Shown in pieces: positions 19,817 to 29,450 of a stretch of DNA of 64,000 bases. This DNA is from Candidatus Multivorans sp. (GTDB lineage: Bacteria; Acidobacteriota; Thermoanaerobaculia; Multivoradales; Multivoraceae), in contig OZ245033.1 of assembly GCA_965224025.1 (NCBI GenBank), positions 3,168,001-3,232,000 of the forward strand. The letters run 5' to 3'. A program made the position numbers and the translations under genes. The notes beneath the pieces were generated by a model, which was not told the origin of the DNA, did no database searches, and was given only the letters and a program-made list of their open reading frames with translations. How positions within the stretch are numbered: the first letter of the stretch is position 1; the number at the start of each line of letters is the position of its first letter.

Positions 19817-20806
19817 ATGAGCTCGCACGGCTATTCCGAGGACGACCTGGTCAAGCAGCCTGCGCTCGACCTGTTCCGTGAACTGGGCTGGGAGACGGTG
19901 GACGCCTTCGGGGAGTTCGGCCGCGCGGGCGGTGACGGACGGAGCGGGCTGGGTCGGGAAACGGAGGGCGAGGTCGTTCTGGTCGCAAGACTCCGGCCGG
20001 CTCTCGAACGACTCAACCCGAACGCGGGCGAGGCCGCCGTCGACCAGGCGATCGAGGAACTGACGCGCGACCGGTCAAGGATGAGCCCGGCGGCCGCGAA
20101 TCGCGAGACCTACCGCCTGCTGAAGGACGGTGTGCGGGTGAACGTCCCGTCCTTCGAGGAGAACGGCGACACGGTCGAACGGGTCCAGGTCATCGACTGG
20201 AACGTCCCGGCGAACAACGACTTCCTTCTCTGCTCCGAGTTCTGGCTGGCGGGCGAGATGTACCGACGCCGGGCCGATCTGGTGGGCTTCGTCAACGGTT
20301 TGCCGTTGCTGTTCTGCGAAGTGGAGGGCGTCCATCGGCGGCTGGAGGACGCCTACAACGAGAACCTGCGCGACTACAAGGACACCATTCCTCAGCTCTT
20401 TTGGTTCAACTGCCTTGCGTGTGCCAGAACACACCGAGCCGGCCCTGACGGCCGCGAATCGTCCTCAGCGCTCAATGCTGCGGAGTTCTTCAGACAGGTA
20501 GTCGAGTTCACCCAGGATCTCAACGAAGAGGAGCGGCGAGGCGTTGCGGAAAAGCTCGATCCCGACGAACTGGCGGTTTTCGACATCCTGACGAGACCCC
20601 GGGTCGAAATGAGCGACGCGGATTGCAAAAAAGTCAAGGCCACCGCGCGTGAACTCCTGGCGACGCTCAAGGCCGGGAAGTTCGCTTTGGACTGGCGCAC
20701 GAAGCAGCAGGCCCGCGCCGCGGTTCGCGTGACCATCGAGGAGCATCTGGACGCGGGCCTGCCGCGCGCCTACACGCCGGTCCTGTTTCAGAAGAGCGAG
20801 CAGTAA
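19817..20806 (+). pseudogene. hsdR: Type I restriction subunit with the helicase/motor region deleted
   Basis: HsdR N-domain (SEDDLVKQPAL, RRADLVGFVNGLPL) joined near 20410-20470 to the C-terminal domain (LNEEERR, ELAVFDIL, LDWRTKQQARA); no Walker/DEAH motifs; catalytic ExK reads EVE. Confidence 0.88.
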
Positions 20807-20892
20807 CACGCATCCGATCAGTTTGTGTCTGAACCTGATCGCACGGCTCGTACCGAGGCACCGAGAAAGCCGACGGCGCTAACATCCGCGCC

Positions 20893-21423
20893 GTGACTTC
20901 CGCCCTCCACTACAGCGACGCACTGATCCTGGGCATTCTGCGCCGGGTGCGGACGATCGCCGTGGTGGGCGCTTCGCCGAACTGGAAGCGGCCCTCGAAC
21001 TTCGCCATGAAGTACCTGCAGGAGAAGGGATACCGCGTGATTCCGGTGAATCCCCGGGCGGCGGCTCAAGGTGCCTCTATTCTGGGCGAGCGGGTCTGTG
21101 CATCCCTGGCCGAGGTGCCGGCGGCGGTGGACATGGTCGACATCTTCCGTAGCTCGGAGGCGGCTCTCGGAACGACCCGGGAAGCGATCCGGCTGCGGGA
21201 GGAGAAGGGCATCGAGGTGGTCTGGATGCAGCTCGGCGTGCGCAACGACGAAGCCGCCGCCGAGGCGGAGGCGGCCGGGCTCACGGTGATCATGGATCGC
21301 TGCCCGAAGATCGAGTACGGCCGCCTGTCGGGCGAGCTGGGCTGGGGCGGCATCGACAGCGGCGTCATCTCCAGCCGGCGCCCGCGGCTGGTGCGGGTGC
21401 CTGTGCGCGGAGGGTCCGGGTGA
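20893..21423 (+). CDS. CoA-binding protein (YccU-like)
   Basis: IAVVGAS..RPS, VIPVNP, VDIFR, WMQLG and MDRCPKIE. Confidence 0.92.
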   Translation: MTSALHYSDALILGILRRVRTIAVVGASPNWKRPSNFAMKYLQEKGYRVIPVNPRAAAQGASILGERVCASLAEVPAAVDMVDIFRSSEAALGTTREAIRLREEKGIEVVWMQLGVRNDEAAAEAEAAGLTVIMDRCPKIEYGRLSGELGWGGIDSGVISSRRPRLVRVPVRGGSG

Positions 21424-22737
21424 GCGGGGGAGCAGGGCCGAAGCCGCGCCGGGAGGCGGACCCCGGTTGGGGGTTCGAAACCCGGATGATCCACGCCGGG
21501 GCCGTGCCCGAGCCGGTCTCCGGCGCCCGGCAGACGCCGATCTATCAGAACACGGCTTACGCGTTCCACGACGTGGACCACGCCGCTTCGCTGTTCAATC
21601 TGCAGACCTTCGGCTTCATCTACTCGCGCCTGGGGAATCCCACGGTCGCCGCGCTGGAACAACGGCTGGCGAGCCTGGAAGGCGGGCGGGGCGCCGCCTG
21701 CTGCGCGTCCGGCCACGCGGCACAGATGCTCGCGTTCTTCCCGTTGATGGAGCCCGGCGCCCGGTTTGCCGCATCGCACCGGCTCTACGGCGGGTCGATC
21801 ACCCAGTTCAGCAGGACGTTCCAGAAGTTCGACTGGCTCTGCGACTTCGTCGACACGGACGATCTGTCCGCGGTCGAGGCCGCCCTGGGATGCCGGCGCC
21901 AAGGCGCTGTTCATCGAGAGCCTAGCCAATCCGGGCGGCGTCGTTTCGGATCTCGAGGCCCTCGCCGGACTGACGAAGGCCGCGGGCGCCGTGCTCATCG
22001 TCGACAACACGCTGGCCACTCCCTGGTTGTGCCGGCCGATGGACTGGGGCGTCGACCTGGTCGTCCACTCCGCAACCAAGTTCCTGTCCGGCAACGGCAC
22101 GGTCATCGGCGGCGCGTTGGTCGACAGCGGCCGCTTCGACTGGGGCGCTTCCGGCCGCTTTCCAGGGCTGTCGGAACCGGAACCGGCTTACCACGGGCTG
22201 AAGTTCAGCGAGACCTTCGGTGACCTCGCGTTCACCACTCACGCCCATGCCGTGGGCCTGCGCGACCTGGGCGCCGCGATGGCGCCGATGAACGCGTTTC
22301 TGATCCTGCTCGGCATCGAGACCCTGGCTCTGCGCATGGAGCGCCACTGCCGAAACGCGCAGCGGGTCGCCGAGTGGCTGGAGGAGCACCCGAAGGTCGA
22401 ATGGGTGTCTTATGCCGGCCTGGCCGACAGCCCCTACCGGGATCTGGCCGCGAAGTACCTGCCGAAGGGCGCGGGCGCCGTGTTCACGTTCGGAGTCCGC
22501 GGCGGCTACGACGCCGGCATCCGGGTCGTGGAAGCTTGCGATCTCTTCTCGCACCTGGCCAACGTCGGCGACGCCCGCTCGCTGATCCTCCATCCCGCCT
22601 CGACCACCCACCGTCAACTGAGCGACGAGCAGCGTGCCGCCGCCGGCGCCGGCCCCGAGGTTGTGCGACTCTCGATCGGCCTCGAGACGGTGGACGACCT
22701 GATCCGCGACCTCGACCGTGCCCTGGCCGCGGCGTAG
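21420..22737 (+). pseudogene. metY: O-acetylhomoserine sulfhydrylase (MetY/CysD family) with a +1 frameshift, real or sequencing error
   Basis: TPIYQNTAY and YSRLGNPT in the first frame; DNTLATP, HSATKF and HPASTTH in the next; extra G in GGG at 21887-21889. Confidence 0.85.
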
Positions 22738-22753
22738 CGGCGCCGGTTGCGGC

Positions 22754-22778
22754 CTGGGAACGCGGGCGTCTCGCCCGC
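22754..22778 (+). repeat. REP-like palindrome, copy 2
   Basis: CTGGGAACGCGGGCGTCTCGCCCGC just downstream of the metY stop. Confidence 0.75.
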
Positions 22779-22861
22779 TTCTGGAAGACAATGCCGCCGC
22801 GAAGCGGCGACTTTGCTGCTGCCAGTGGGCTCGACGTACCGCAGCGTAAGATCGCCCGCCC

Positions 22862-24019
22862 ATGCTCGACTGCCAGCGTCACCGGTTCCAGCTTCCGGCC
22901 GATCTGCACTACCTGAACTGCGCCTACATGGCGCCTCTGGCGCGCGAGGTCGAGGCGGCGGGTTTGCGCGGCATGGCGCGCCGGCGCGATCCGTCGACGA
23001 TCGTCGCCGACGACTTCTTTGAGCAGGCGGACGCCCTGCGCGGGCGCTTCGCGAGGTTGATCGGCGGTTCCGATCCGCGGCGGGTCGCGATCATCCCGGC
23101 GGTCTCGTACGGCATCGCGACCGCGGCCCGCAATGCTCCGGTGGGCAGGGGGCAGAACATCGTCATCCTGGGCGAGCAGTTCCCCAGCAACGTGTACGCG
23201 TGGATGCGCAAGGCGGGGGAGAGCGGCGCGAAACTGCGCGCGGTCGAGCGTCCGGCGACCGGCGATTCGAGCCCGGGCGCGGCCTGGAATGAGCGGCTGC
23301 TGGAGGCCGTCGACGGTGATACGGCGGTGGTTGCCCTGCCGGTCGTCCACTGGGCTGACGGCACGCGCTTCGATGTCAAGGCCGTCGGCCGGCGCGCGCG
23401 CGAGGTGGGCGCGCTCTTCGTCATCGACGGCACCCAGTCGATTGGTGCGATGCCCTTCGACATCGAGGAAGTGGCGCCCGACGCGCTGGTCGTCGCCGGG
23501 TACAAGACCTTGTTTGGCCCCTACCAGAGTGGTCTGGCGTGGTTCGGCGAGCGCTTCGACGGCGGCGTACCGCTGGAGGAGCCCTGGGCCGCCCGCAAGA
23601 GCAGCGAGCTGTTCGTCGCTGGCCGACTGGAGTATGTGCAGGAGTACCGGCCGGCCGCCGCCCGCTACGACGTGGGCGAGCGCAGCAACCAGATCCAGTT
23701 GCCGATGTTGAACGCCGCCCTGGACATGGTGCTCGAGTGGCGGCCCGAGCGGGTCCAGGACTACTGCGCGAAGCTGCTCGAACCGTTTGAGGACGCCGTC
23801 CGCGAGGCGGGCTTCGAACTGGAGCACCCGAACTTCCGCGGGGCGCATCTGTTCGGCCTGCGCTCCCGCCGCGGCCTGGACGCTGACGCCACCGCGGCGG
23901 CCCTCCGGCAGGCCCGGGTGTTCGTCTCGGTTCGGGGCACCGCGATCCGGGTGGCGCCTCAGGTCTACAACGACAGCTCGGACTTGGAGGCCCTGGCGGC
24001 GACGCTGCGGGCCTTGTAG
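22862..24019 (+). CDS. Class V PLP-dependent aminotransferase (cysteine desulfurase/lyase-like)
   Basis: YLNCAYMAP, QFPSN, DGTQ, AGYK (PLP lysine) and IRVAP.YN. Confidence 0.85.
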   Translation: MLDCQRHRFQLPADLHYLNCAYMAPLAREVEAAGLRGMARRRDPSTIVADDFFEQADALRGRFARLIGGSDPRRVAIIPAVSYGIATAARNAPVGRGQNIVILGEQFPSNVYAWMRKAGESGAKLRAVERPATGDSSPGAAWNERLLEAVDGDTAVVALPVVHWADGTRFDVKAVGRRAREVGALFVIDGTQSIGAMPFDIEEVAPDALVVAGYKTLFGPYQSGLAWFGERFDGGVPLEEPWAARKSSELFVAGRLEYVQEYRPAAARYDVGERSNQIQLPMLNAALDMVLEWRPERVQDYCAKLLEPFEDAVREAGFELEHPNFRGAHLFGLRSRRGLDADATAAALRQARVFVSVRGTAIRVAPQVYNDSSDLEALAATLRAL

Positions 24020-24077
24020 CGGACGGTTTTTACCCCCTCGGTGCGACCCGCAGGTCGATCCGTTGCAACCAAGAGAT

Positions 24078-24102
24078 ATTTGTGATCGTATTTGTCACAA
24101 AT
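24078..24102. promoter_or_regulatory. Putative operator: perfect 8-bp inverted repeat with 9-bp spacer upstream of cysH
   Basis: ATTTGTGA-N9-TCACAAAT in an AT-rich patch. Confidence 0.45.
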
Positions 24103-24892
24103 GCAGCAAGAACTGAATCCGAGCGGCCTCGGCGGCGCCGTTCTGGAGTTTCCCGGCCAGGCCGCCGACGGCGATCTCTGCGTACTCGGCTGGGCGATGG
24201 AGCTGGAACCGGCGACGCCCGAACAGGTGCTCCGCTGGGCTCACGAGCGCTGGGGCAACGAGCTGACCTTGGCGACCTCGTTCCAGGCGGAGGGCATGAT
24301 CCTCCTTCACATGTGTCATCAACTCGGTCTGCCGGTTCGCGTCGTGACACTCGACACCGGCCGGCTGCCGGAGGAGACCTTCCGGCACATCGAGCACGTG
24401 CGGCTGCACTACGGCGTTGAGGTCGAGATGGTGGCGCCTCGTGCCTCCGAGGTTGCGCGGCTGGTCCGGCGGGAAGGACCGAATCTCTTCTACGCCTCGG
24501 TCGCCGGGCGGCAGCGCTGCTGCAACGCGCGCAAGGTGGAGCCGATGCGCCGGGCCCTGGCGCCCGCGCCCGCGTGGCTCAGCGGCCTGCGCCGCGATCA
24601 GACGCCGACCCGGGATGTCCTCAACAAGGTGGAGGTCGACCGGGTGACGCGGACCAAGGGCCGCCTGGTCAAGGTCTGCCCGCTGCTGGACTGGACCGAG
24701 GATCAGGTCTGGGCCTACATCCATGAGCAGGGAGTCCCGTACCACCCGCTCTACGACCGGGGCTACCGGACGATCGGGTGCGCCCCGTGCACGCGGCCCT
24801 CTCGACCCGGTGAGGGCGCCCGCGGCGGCCGCTGGTGGTGGGAGTCCCAGACCGGCAAGGAATGCGGCCTCCACGTGCTGCAACCGCGTTGA
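24101..24892 (+). CDS. cysH: APS/PAPS reductase (4Fe-4S APS-reductase type)
   Basis: LDTGRLP, RCC..RK, GLRRDQ, IGCAPCT and KECGLH. Confidence 0.92.
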   Translation: MQQELNPSGLGGAVLEFPGQAADGDLCVLGWAMELEPATPEQVLRWAHERWGNELTLATSFQAEGMILLHMCHQLGLPVRVVTLDTGRLPEETFRHIEHVRLHYGVEVEMVAPRASEVARLVRREGPNLFYASVAGRQRCCNARKVEPMRRALAPAPAWLSGLRRDQTPTRDVLNKVEVDRVTRTKGRLVKVCPLLDWTEDQVWAYIHEQGVPYHPLYDRGYRTIGCAPCTRPSRPGEGARGGRWWWESQTGKECGLHVLQPR

Positions 24893-25560
24893 GCGGCGAC
24901 CGCCGGCCTCCCGCCTACTATCCGGTCTATCTCTCGCTCGCCGAGCGGCTCGTGGTCGTGGTCGGCGGCGGCGCCATCGCCGTGCGGAAGGTGGCCGGCC
25001 TGCTGCCGTGCGGGGCGCGCGTACGGGTCGTCGCACCCGCACTGACGCCTGAGCTCGAGCGGCTGGCCGAACTCGGCGAGATCGAGCATTGCGCGCGCGA
25101 CTTTCTTCCGGGCGACCTGGAAGGTGCGACGCTGGCCCTGGCGGAGCCGGGCGACGCCTCCCGCAGCGAGGCGTTCTTCGCCGAGGCGGAAGAGCGCCGC
25201 ATCTTCGCCAACGTGGAGGACGATCTGGATCACTGCAGCTTCATCGCGCCCTCCATCGTGCGGCGTGGCGACCTGGTGATCGCGATCTCGACTTCGGGCC
25301 GGGCGCCGGCGCTGGCGGTACGGCTCCGGCAGCGGTTCGAACGGGAGTTCGGACCGGAGTACGGGGCTCTGCTGGAACTGGCCGGCCGTCTTCGGGAACC
25401 CCTGGCGCGAGCGGTGCCCGAGTTCGAAGAGCGGCGGCGTCGTTGGTACGAGCTCGTGGACTCGGAAGTGCTCGACCTGTTCCGCGACGGCAGGACCGGC
25501 GAAGCCCGCGAGCGGGCCGAGCAGATCATGGGCGTCGCGGCCGAGGAAGCGCAGCGATGA
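24889..25560 (+). CDS. Precorrin-2 dehydrogenase/sirohydrochlorin ferrochelatase (CysG N-terminal part)
   Basis: YYPVYL, VVGGGAIAVRK, CSFIAPS and AISTSGRAPALA. Confidence 0.9.
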   Translation: MSGDRRPPAYYPVYLSLAERLVVVVGGGAIAVRKVAGLLPCGARVRVVAPALTPELERLAELGEIEHCARDFLPGDLEGATLALAEPGDASRSEAFFAEAEERRIFANVEDDLDHCSFIAPSIVRRGDLVIAISTSGRAPALAVRLRQRFEREFGPEYGALLELAGRLREPLARAVPEFEERRRRWYELVDSEVLDLFRDGRTGEARERAEQIMGVAAEEAQR

Positions 25561-26318
25561 GCGGCGCCGCCGACTCGTCCGGGGTTACCGGACCGGGACG
25601 GGTGACCTTGATCGGCGCGGGACCGGGCGACCCCGACCTGATCACGATCTTGGGCCTGAAGCGGCTACGGGCCGCCGACGTCGTGCTGCATGACCGCCTC
25701 GCGGCGCCGGAACTTCTCGCCGAGGCGAAACCGGGCGCCGAGATCGTCGATGTCGGCAAGCGCCCCGGCGACGACGTGCAGGTCCGGCAGCGCCGGATCG
25801 AGAAGCTGATGATCGAACACGCCCAGGCCGGAGCTCACGTGGTACGGCTCAAGGGCGGCGACCCTTCCGTCTTCGGCCGCGGCGGCGAGGAGATCGAGGC
25901 CTGCGCCGCAGCCGGTGTGCCCTGCCAGGTCGTGCCGGGAGTCACTAGCGTCACGGCAGCGGCCGCCGTGGCCGGTGTTCCCCTGACGCACCGCGGCGTT
26001 TCGCTGGGCTTCGCCGTCGTCTCCGCGCGCAACGCCGAAGGCGGCGAACCCGACTGGGCGGGCCTCTCCGGTGCCGACACTGTCTTGGTTCTCATGGCAT
26101 CGCGGCGGCTCGAACGCATCGGCCGCGGCCTGATCGCCGCCGGCCGCGACCCTTCAACGCCCGCAGCAATCGTCGAACGCGCAACCACCACCGGTCAGCG
26201 GGTCGTCTCCTCCAGTCTCCGTTCGCTCGATGCCGGCGAACTCTCCGGCCAGATCAAGGCCCCATGCGTCGTCATCGTCGGCCACGTTGCCGCGCCCGCC
26301 GCGGCAGCTACCGCGTAG
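25557..26318 (+). CDS. cobA: Uroporphyrinogen-III C-methyltransferase
   Basis: LIGAGPGDPDLIT, RLKGGDP.VFGRGGEE and VVPGVTS. Confidence 0.93.
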   Translation: MSGAADSSGVTGPGRVTLIGAGPGDPDLITILGLKRLRAADVVLHDRLAAPELLAEAKPGAEIVDVGKRPGDDVQVRQRRIEKLMIEHAQAGAHVVRLKGGDPSVFGRGGEEIEACAAAGVPCQVVPGVTSVTAAAAVAGVPLTHRGVSLGFAVVSARNAEGGEPDWAGLSGADTVLVLMASRRLERIGRGLIAAGRDPSTPAAIVERATTTGQRVVSSSLRSLDAGELSGQIKAPCVVIVGHVAAPAAAATA

Positions 26319-26347
26319 CGGGTTCGGCGCCGCCACGTTGCGCCGGA

Positions 26348-26373
26348 TGCGGGCGAGACGCCCGCGTTCCCAG
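26348..26373 (-). repeat. REP-like palindrome, copy 3 (inverted)
   Basis: TGCGGGCGAGACGCCCGCGTTCCCAG between convergent genes. Confidence 0.75.
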
Positions 26374-26401
26374 GCACGGGGTGCCCTGCGGCGCAGACTC
26401 C

Positions 26402-27040
26402 TTAGGGGGAGTACACGGGCGCCAGCAGCTCGGCGCTGAGATCCGCCTGCCCCCGTCCTTTCGACTGGGCGACCGCGCGCAGCAGCCAGTCGAGACGGTC
26501 GTTGCCCCAGAAGCGCTCGCCGCGGAAGATCAAGAGCGGCACGCCGAAGGCGCCGTCCTCCCGGGTGTGGTTGAAGCCGTTCATGACCTTCTTCTTCCAT
26601 TGCGGGTCGTGGGCAACCTCCAGTGCTTCGGCGCCGTCGAGCCCGGCGGCCGCCGCGGCGGCGCGCATCACTTCGTCGGCGGCGAGGTCGAGGCCGCGCT
26701 CGAACCGCGCGGAGAATGCCTCGCGCGCATAGTCGATCGCCTTGCCCTGGTCCCGCGCCCAGAGATAGACTTGGTGGGGCGGAAACCAGTCCGGCTCGCC
26801 CTCCGACTCCGGCCACTTGACGCAGAGTCCATAGGCCTTCGCGATGCGTTCCGTGTCCAGCCGCATGTAGGACGACTTGGCGCGTCCGGCCGAGAGGTTC
26901 GCACCCTTGCCGAAGGGGAAGATCGGGACCGCGTCGATCTGGTTCCAGTCGAAGACGCCCGTCGTGGTGATCCGGTGAAAGGCCAGCCACGAGAACTGGG
27001 AGCGGAAGGAGAAGTAGACGCGGAGGTCGGAGTCGCTCAT
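26402..27040 (-). CDS. DsbA-family 2-hydroxychromene-2-carboxylate isomerase-like protein
   Basis: YFSFRSQFSW and GAFGVP...ERFWGNDRL. Confidence 0.85.
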   Translation of the reverse strand: MSDSDLRVYFSFRSQFSWLAFHRITTTGVFDWNQIDAVPIFPFGKGANLSAGRAKSSYMRLDTERIAKAYGLCVKWPESEGEPDWFPPHQVYLWARDQGKAIDYAREAFSARFERGLDLAADEVMRAAAAAAGLDGAEALEVAHDPQWKKKVMNGFNHTREDGAFGVPLLIFRGERFWGNDRLDWLLRAVAQSKGRGQADLSAELLAPVYSP

Positions 27041-27072
27041 ACGGCACGAACCTCAGAGGGTGGCGGTGGAGT

Positions 27073-29310
27073 TCAACGGAAGATGTCGACCAGGCGGCTG
27101 TACTTGACGATGACGGTCCGATCCGGGCGCTCGTAGAGGAGCCGGGCGCCCAGCTCGTCGACTTCGTTGTAGACAACGAAGAGGCCCGTGTTCGCATCCT
27201 GCAGCCAGGAGAAACGGAGGTTCGTCGAGACGTTGTCCGATTGGTCGTTGTACTGGGCGAGGGCCTGGACCAGCATTCGCGGGGTGATCGAGTACGAGAG
27301 CCGCAGCCGGCCGAGATTGACCTGGAACTTGCCGGATGGCACTTTGGCGTCGTTGTGGTCCCAGATCAGCTCCGAGGTCAGGCGTTCCCCGCGCCGGGCT
27401 AGCAGGGTCAGCGAGGTCGTACTCAGGTCGCCGCCGAAGAAACCGCCGGTGACGTTGCGGATGCTGATCGAGAACGGTTTCGCCTGGTTGGTCTGGACCA
27501 CGGTCTGGAACTCGTGGTGGCTGTACCTGCCCGGCGCGATGGAGAAGCCGTCGACGACCTCGAACGTCTCCTTGACGCCCTCCTCGGTGAAATTCACGCC
27601 GGTGTGGATCTCGAAACCGTTGCGCCACTCCCAGTGCGTGTCGACGTGGATGTACTGGGTCTCCTTGTAGTCGTCGAAGTCCCAGATGCCGCTGTAGGAG
27701 ACATGGGGCCGGATCTCGTGCAGGCCGGCGAGGTTCTTCGGTCGCATCGTGCGCATGCCGAACGCGGAGAAGTTCCGGAACTCGGTTCGTGACATGAAGC
27801 CCACTTCCGGATTGAAGTTCGCGCGCGCCTCGGCGACGCTGACGCTGCCGCGCCACTCCGGCTTGCCGAGGTTGTAGCTCAGGAGCATGGATGTGTCGTC
27901 GCCGGCGAGCCCCGGCGTGTCGGTCTGAGCGACGTACGACTCGATCGTGTGGTGCTCGCCGATGCCCCACTTGCCGTCGATCGCGTAGGTGCGGTTGGTG
28001 TCGTTCTCCAGCGCCAGGCTGCCTGCGCCTTCGCGGCTGACGAACATGCCGCCGATGCTGGAGCGCTCGCCCAGCTCGCGGTTGACGCGGGCGACGGCGT
28101 AGTTGTTGCCGTGGAGGCCTCCCACCGTGGCGGTCTGCATGTGGAGCAACCCGACGTTGAAGCGGCCGGCCTTGCCCGAGAGCCGGCCGCCGTAGTCGAT
28201 CGGGATCAGCTCTCCGCCCGGTCCGATACCGATGCGGCGGCTGAAGAACAGGTCGACGCGGGCCGATGCGCGGCTTCCTCCCGAGCGCGCTCCGACCGTG
28301 AAGAGTCCGGCGTTCTCGAGGAAGAAGGGTCGCTTTTCGGGGAAGAACAGGTTGAAGCGGTCCAGGTTGACTTGCTGCTCGTCGACCTCGACCTGGGCGA
28401 AGTCCGTGTTGTAGGTCAGGTCGAGGGTCAGGCTCGGCGTCACGCTGTACTTGACGTCGAAGCCGAGGTCGGAGTCCGACTCGTTGTCGCGGTCCGCCTG
28501 GGGGGGCGCCCGGCTGCTGCCGATGGCGTAGGGGATCAGCTTGAGGTTGCGTTGCGGCGGCGGCTCGACGCCCTGCAGGGCGCCCGCGTCGGTTAGCCGG
28601 TCCAGTTCGTGATTCCGGTCGAGCTCGGACCAGAACGAGACTTCCTTGTGGCGGGCGATGTTGCGCTGGAAGTTCAGACCCCACGTCTGCAGGTCGCTTG
28701 GGGGATAGCGGAGCGTGCGGAAGGGAATCGCGAACTCGGCGCTCCAGCCGAAGTCTCCGACCTGGGTGGCGACGTTCCAGGCGCCGTCCCAGTTCAGGTT
28801 GAAGCCCGTGCTCATTCCCCGCCGGAAGCGGCTGCTGCCCCCCATGCCGCTGAAGATGCCGGAGCCGCCCTCGACCACCTGACCGTCGTACTCGATGCCG
28901 GCCGGGTTGGTGCCGAACACGAAGCCGTTGCGGCCATCCTTGAAGGTGTCGAAGATGACCTGGAAGCTGTCCGTCTCGTTGAGCGGCGCGTCGCGACGGC
29001 TGTCCGAGATGACGATCCCGTCGGGTTCGCGGTCGTGGCAGACCACGGAGACGAAGAGGATGTCCTCGGTGAACGCGAAACGCACCTCCGTGCGCTCCGT
29101 CCCCGGCTCGCCGGCGTAGGGCCGGGTCTGGGTGAGGCCCGAGGCCGGCTCAATGGCCTGCCAGACCGGGTCGTCGAGAACAGCGCCGTCGAGCACCGGG
29201 GCTTCGCCGATCGTCATCGCCGTCGCGGACGGCCGCGCGGTCTGAGCCTGGGACGCGGCGGCCCACAGCGACAGGATTGCGGCGATCGTCGCCGCGGGAA
29301 AGCGCCTCAC
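27073..29310 (-). CDS. CBM9-like/DUF5916 outer-membrane protein
   Basis: Signal peptide; TEVRF, WSAEFAIPF.TLRY, NTDFAQVEVD and LFFPEKRPFFLE; start estimated at GTG 29310. Confidence 0.85.
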   Translation of the reverse strand: MRRFPAATIAAILSLWAAASQAQTARPSATAMTIGEAPVLDGAVLDDPVWQAIEPASGLTQTRPYAGEPGTERTEVRFAFTEDILFVSVVCHDREPDGIVISDSRRDAPLNETDSFQVIFDTFKDGRNGFVFGTNPAGIEYDGQVVEGGSGIFSGMGGSSRFRRGMSTGFNLNWDGAWNVATQVGDFGWSAEFAIPFRTLRYPPSDLQTWGLNFQRNIARHKEVSFWSELDRNHELDRLTDAGALQGVEPPPQRNLKLIPYAIGSSRAPPQADRDNESDSDLGFDVKYSVTPSLTLDLTYNTDFAQVEVDEQQVNLDRFNLFFPEKRPFFLENAGLFTVGARSGGSRASARVDLFFSRRIGIGPGGELIPIDYGGRLSGKAGRFNVGLLHMQTATVGGLHGNNYAVARVNRELGERSSIGGMFVSREGAGSLALENDTNRTYAIDGKWGIGEHHTIESYVAQTDTPGLAGDDTSMLLSYNLGKPEWRGSVSVAEARANFNPEVGFMSRTEFRNFSAFGMRTMRPKNLAGLHEIRPHVSYSGIWDFDDYKETQYIHVDTHWEWRNGFEIHTGVNFTEEGVKETFEVVDGFSIAPGRYSHHEFQTVVQTNQAKPFSISIRNVTGGFFGGDLSTTSLTLLARRGERLTSELIWDHNDAKVPSGKFQVNLGRLRLSYSITPRMLVQALAQYNDQSDNVSTNLRFSWLQDANTGLFVVYNEVDELGARLLYERPDRTVIVKYSRLVDIFR

Positions 29311-29450
29311 GGGTGGCGACTTTACTCCGAATGCGAATCGCGACGCGGGCGGGAACCCCTGCTTCGCGGCAACTCTCTCCGGTAGCATCGGCAGAGCCGA
29401 ACCCTGAGTACCTTCGGAGGAGGCTGGATATGCAAGTTGCGGGATCGGCA

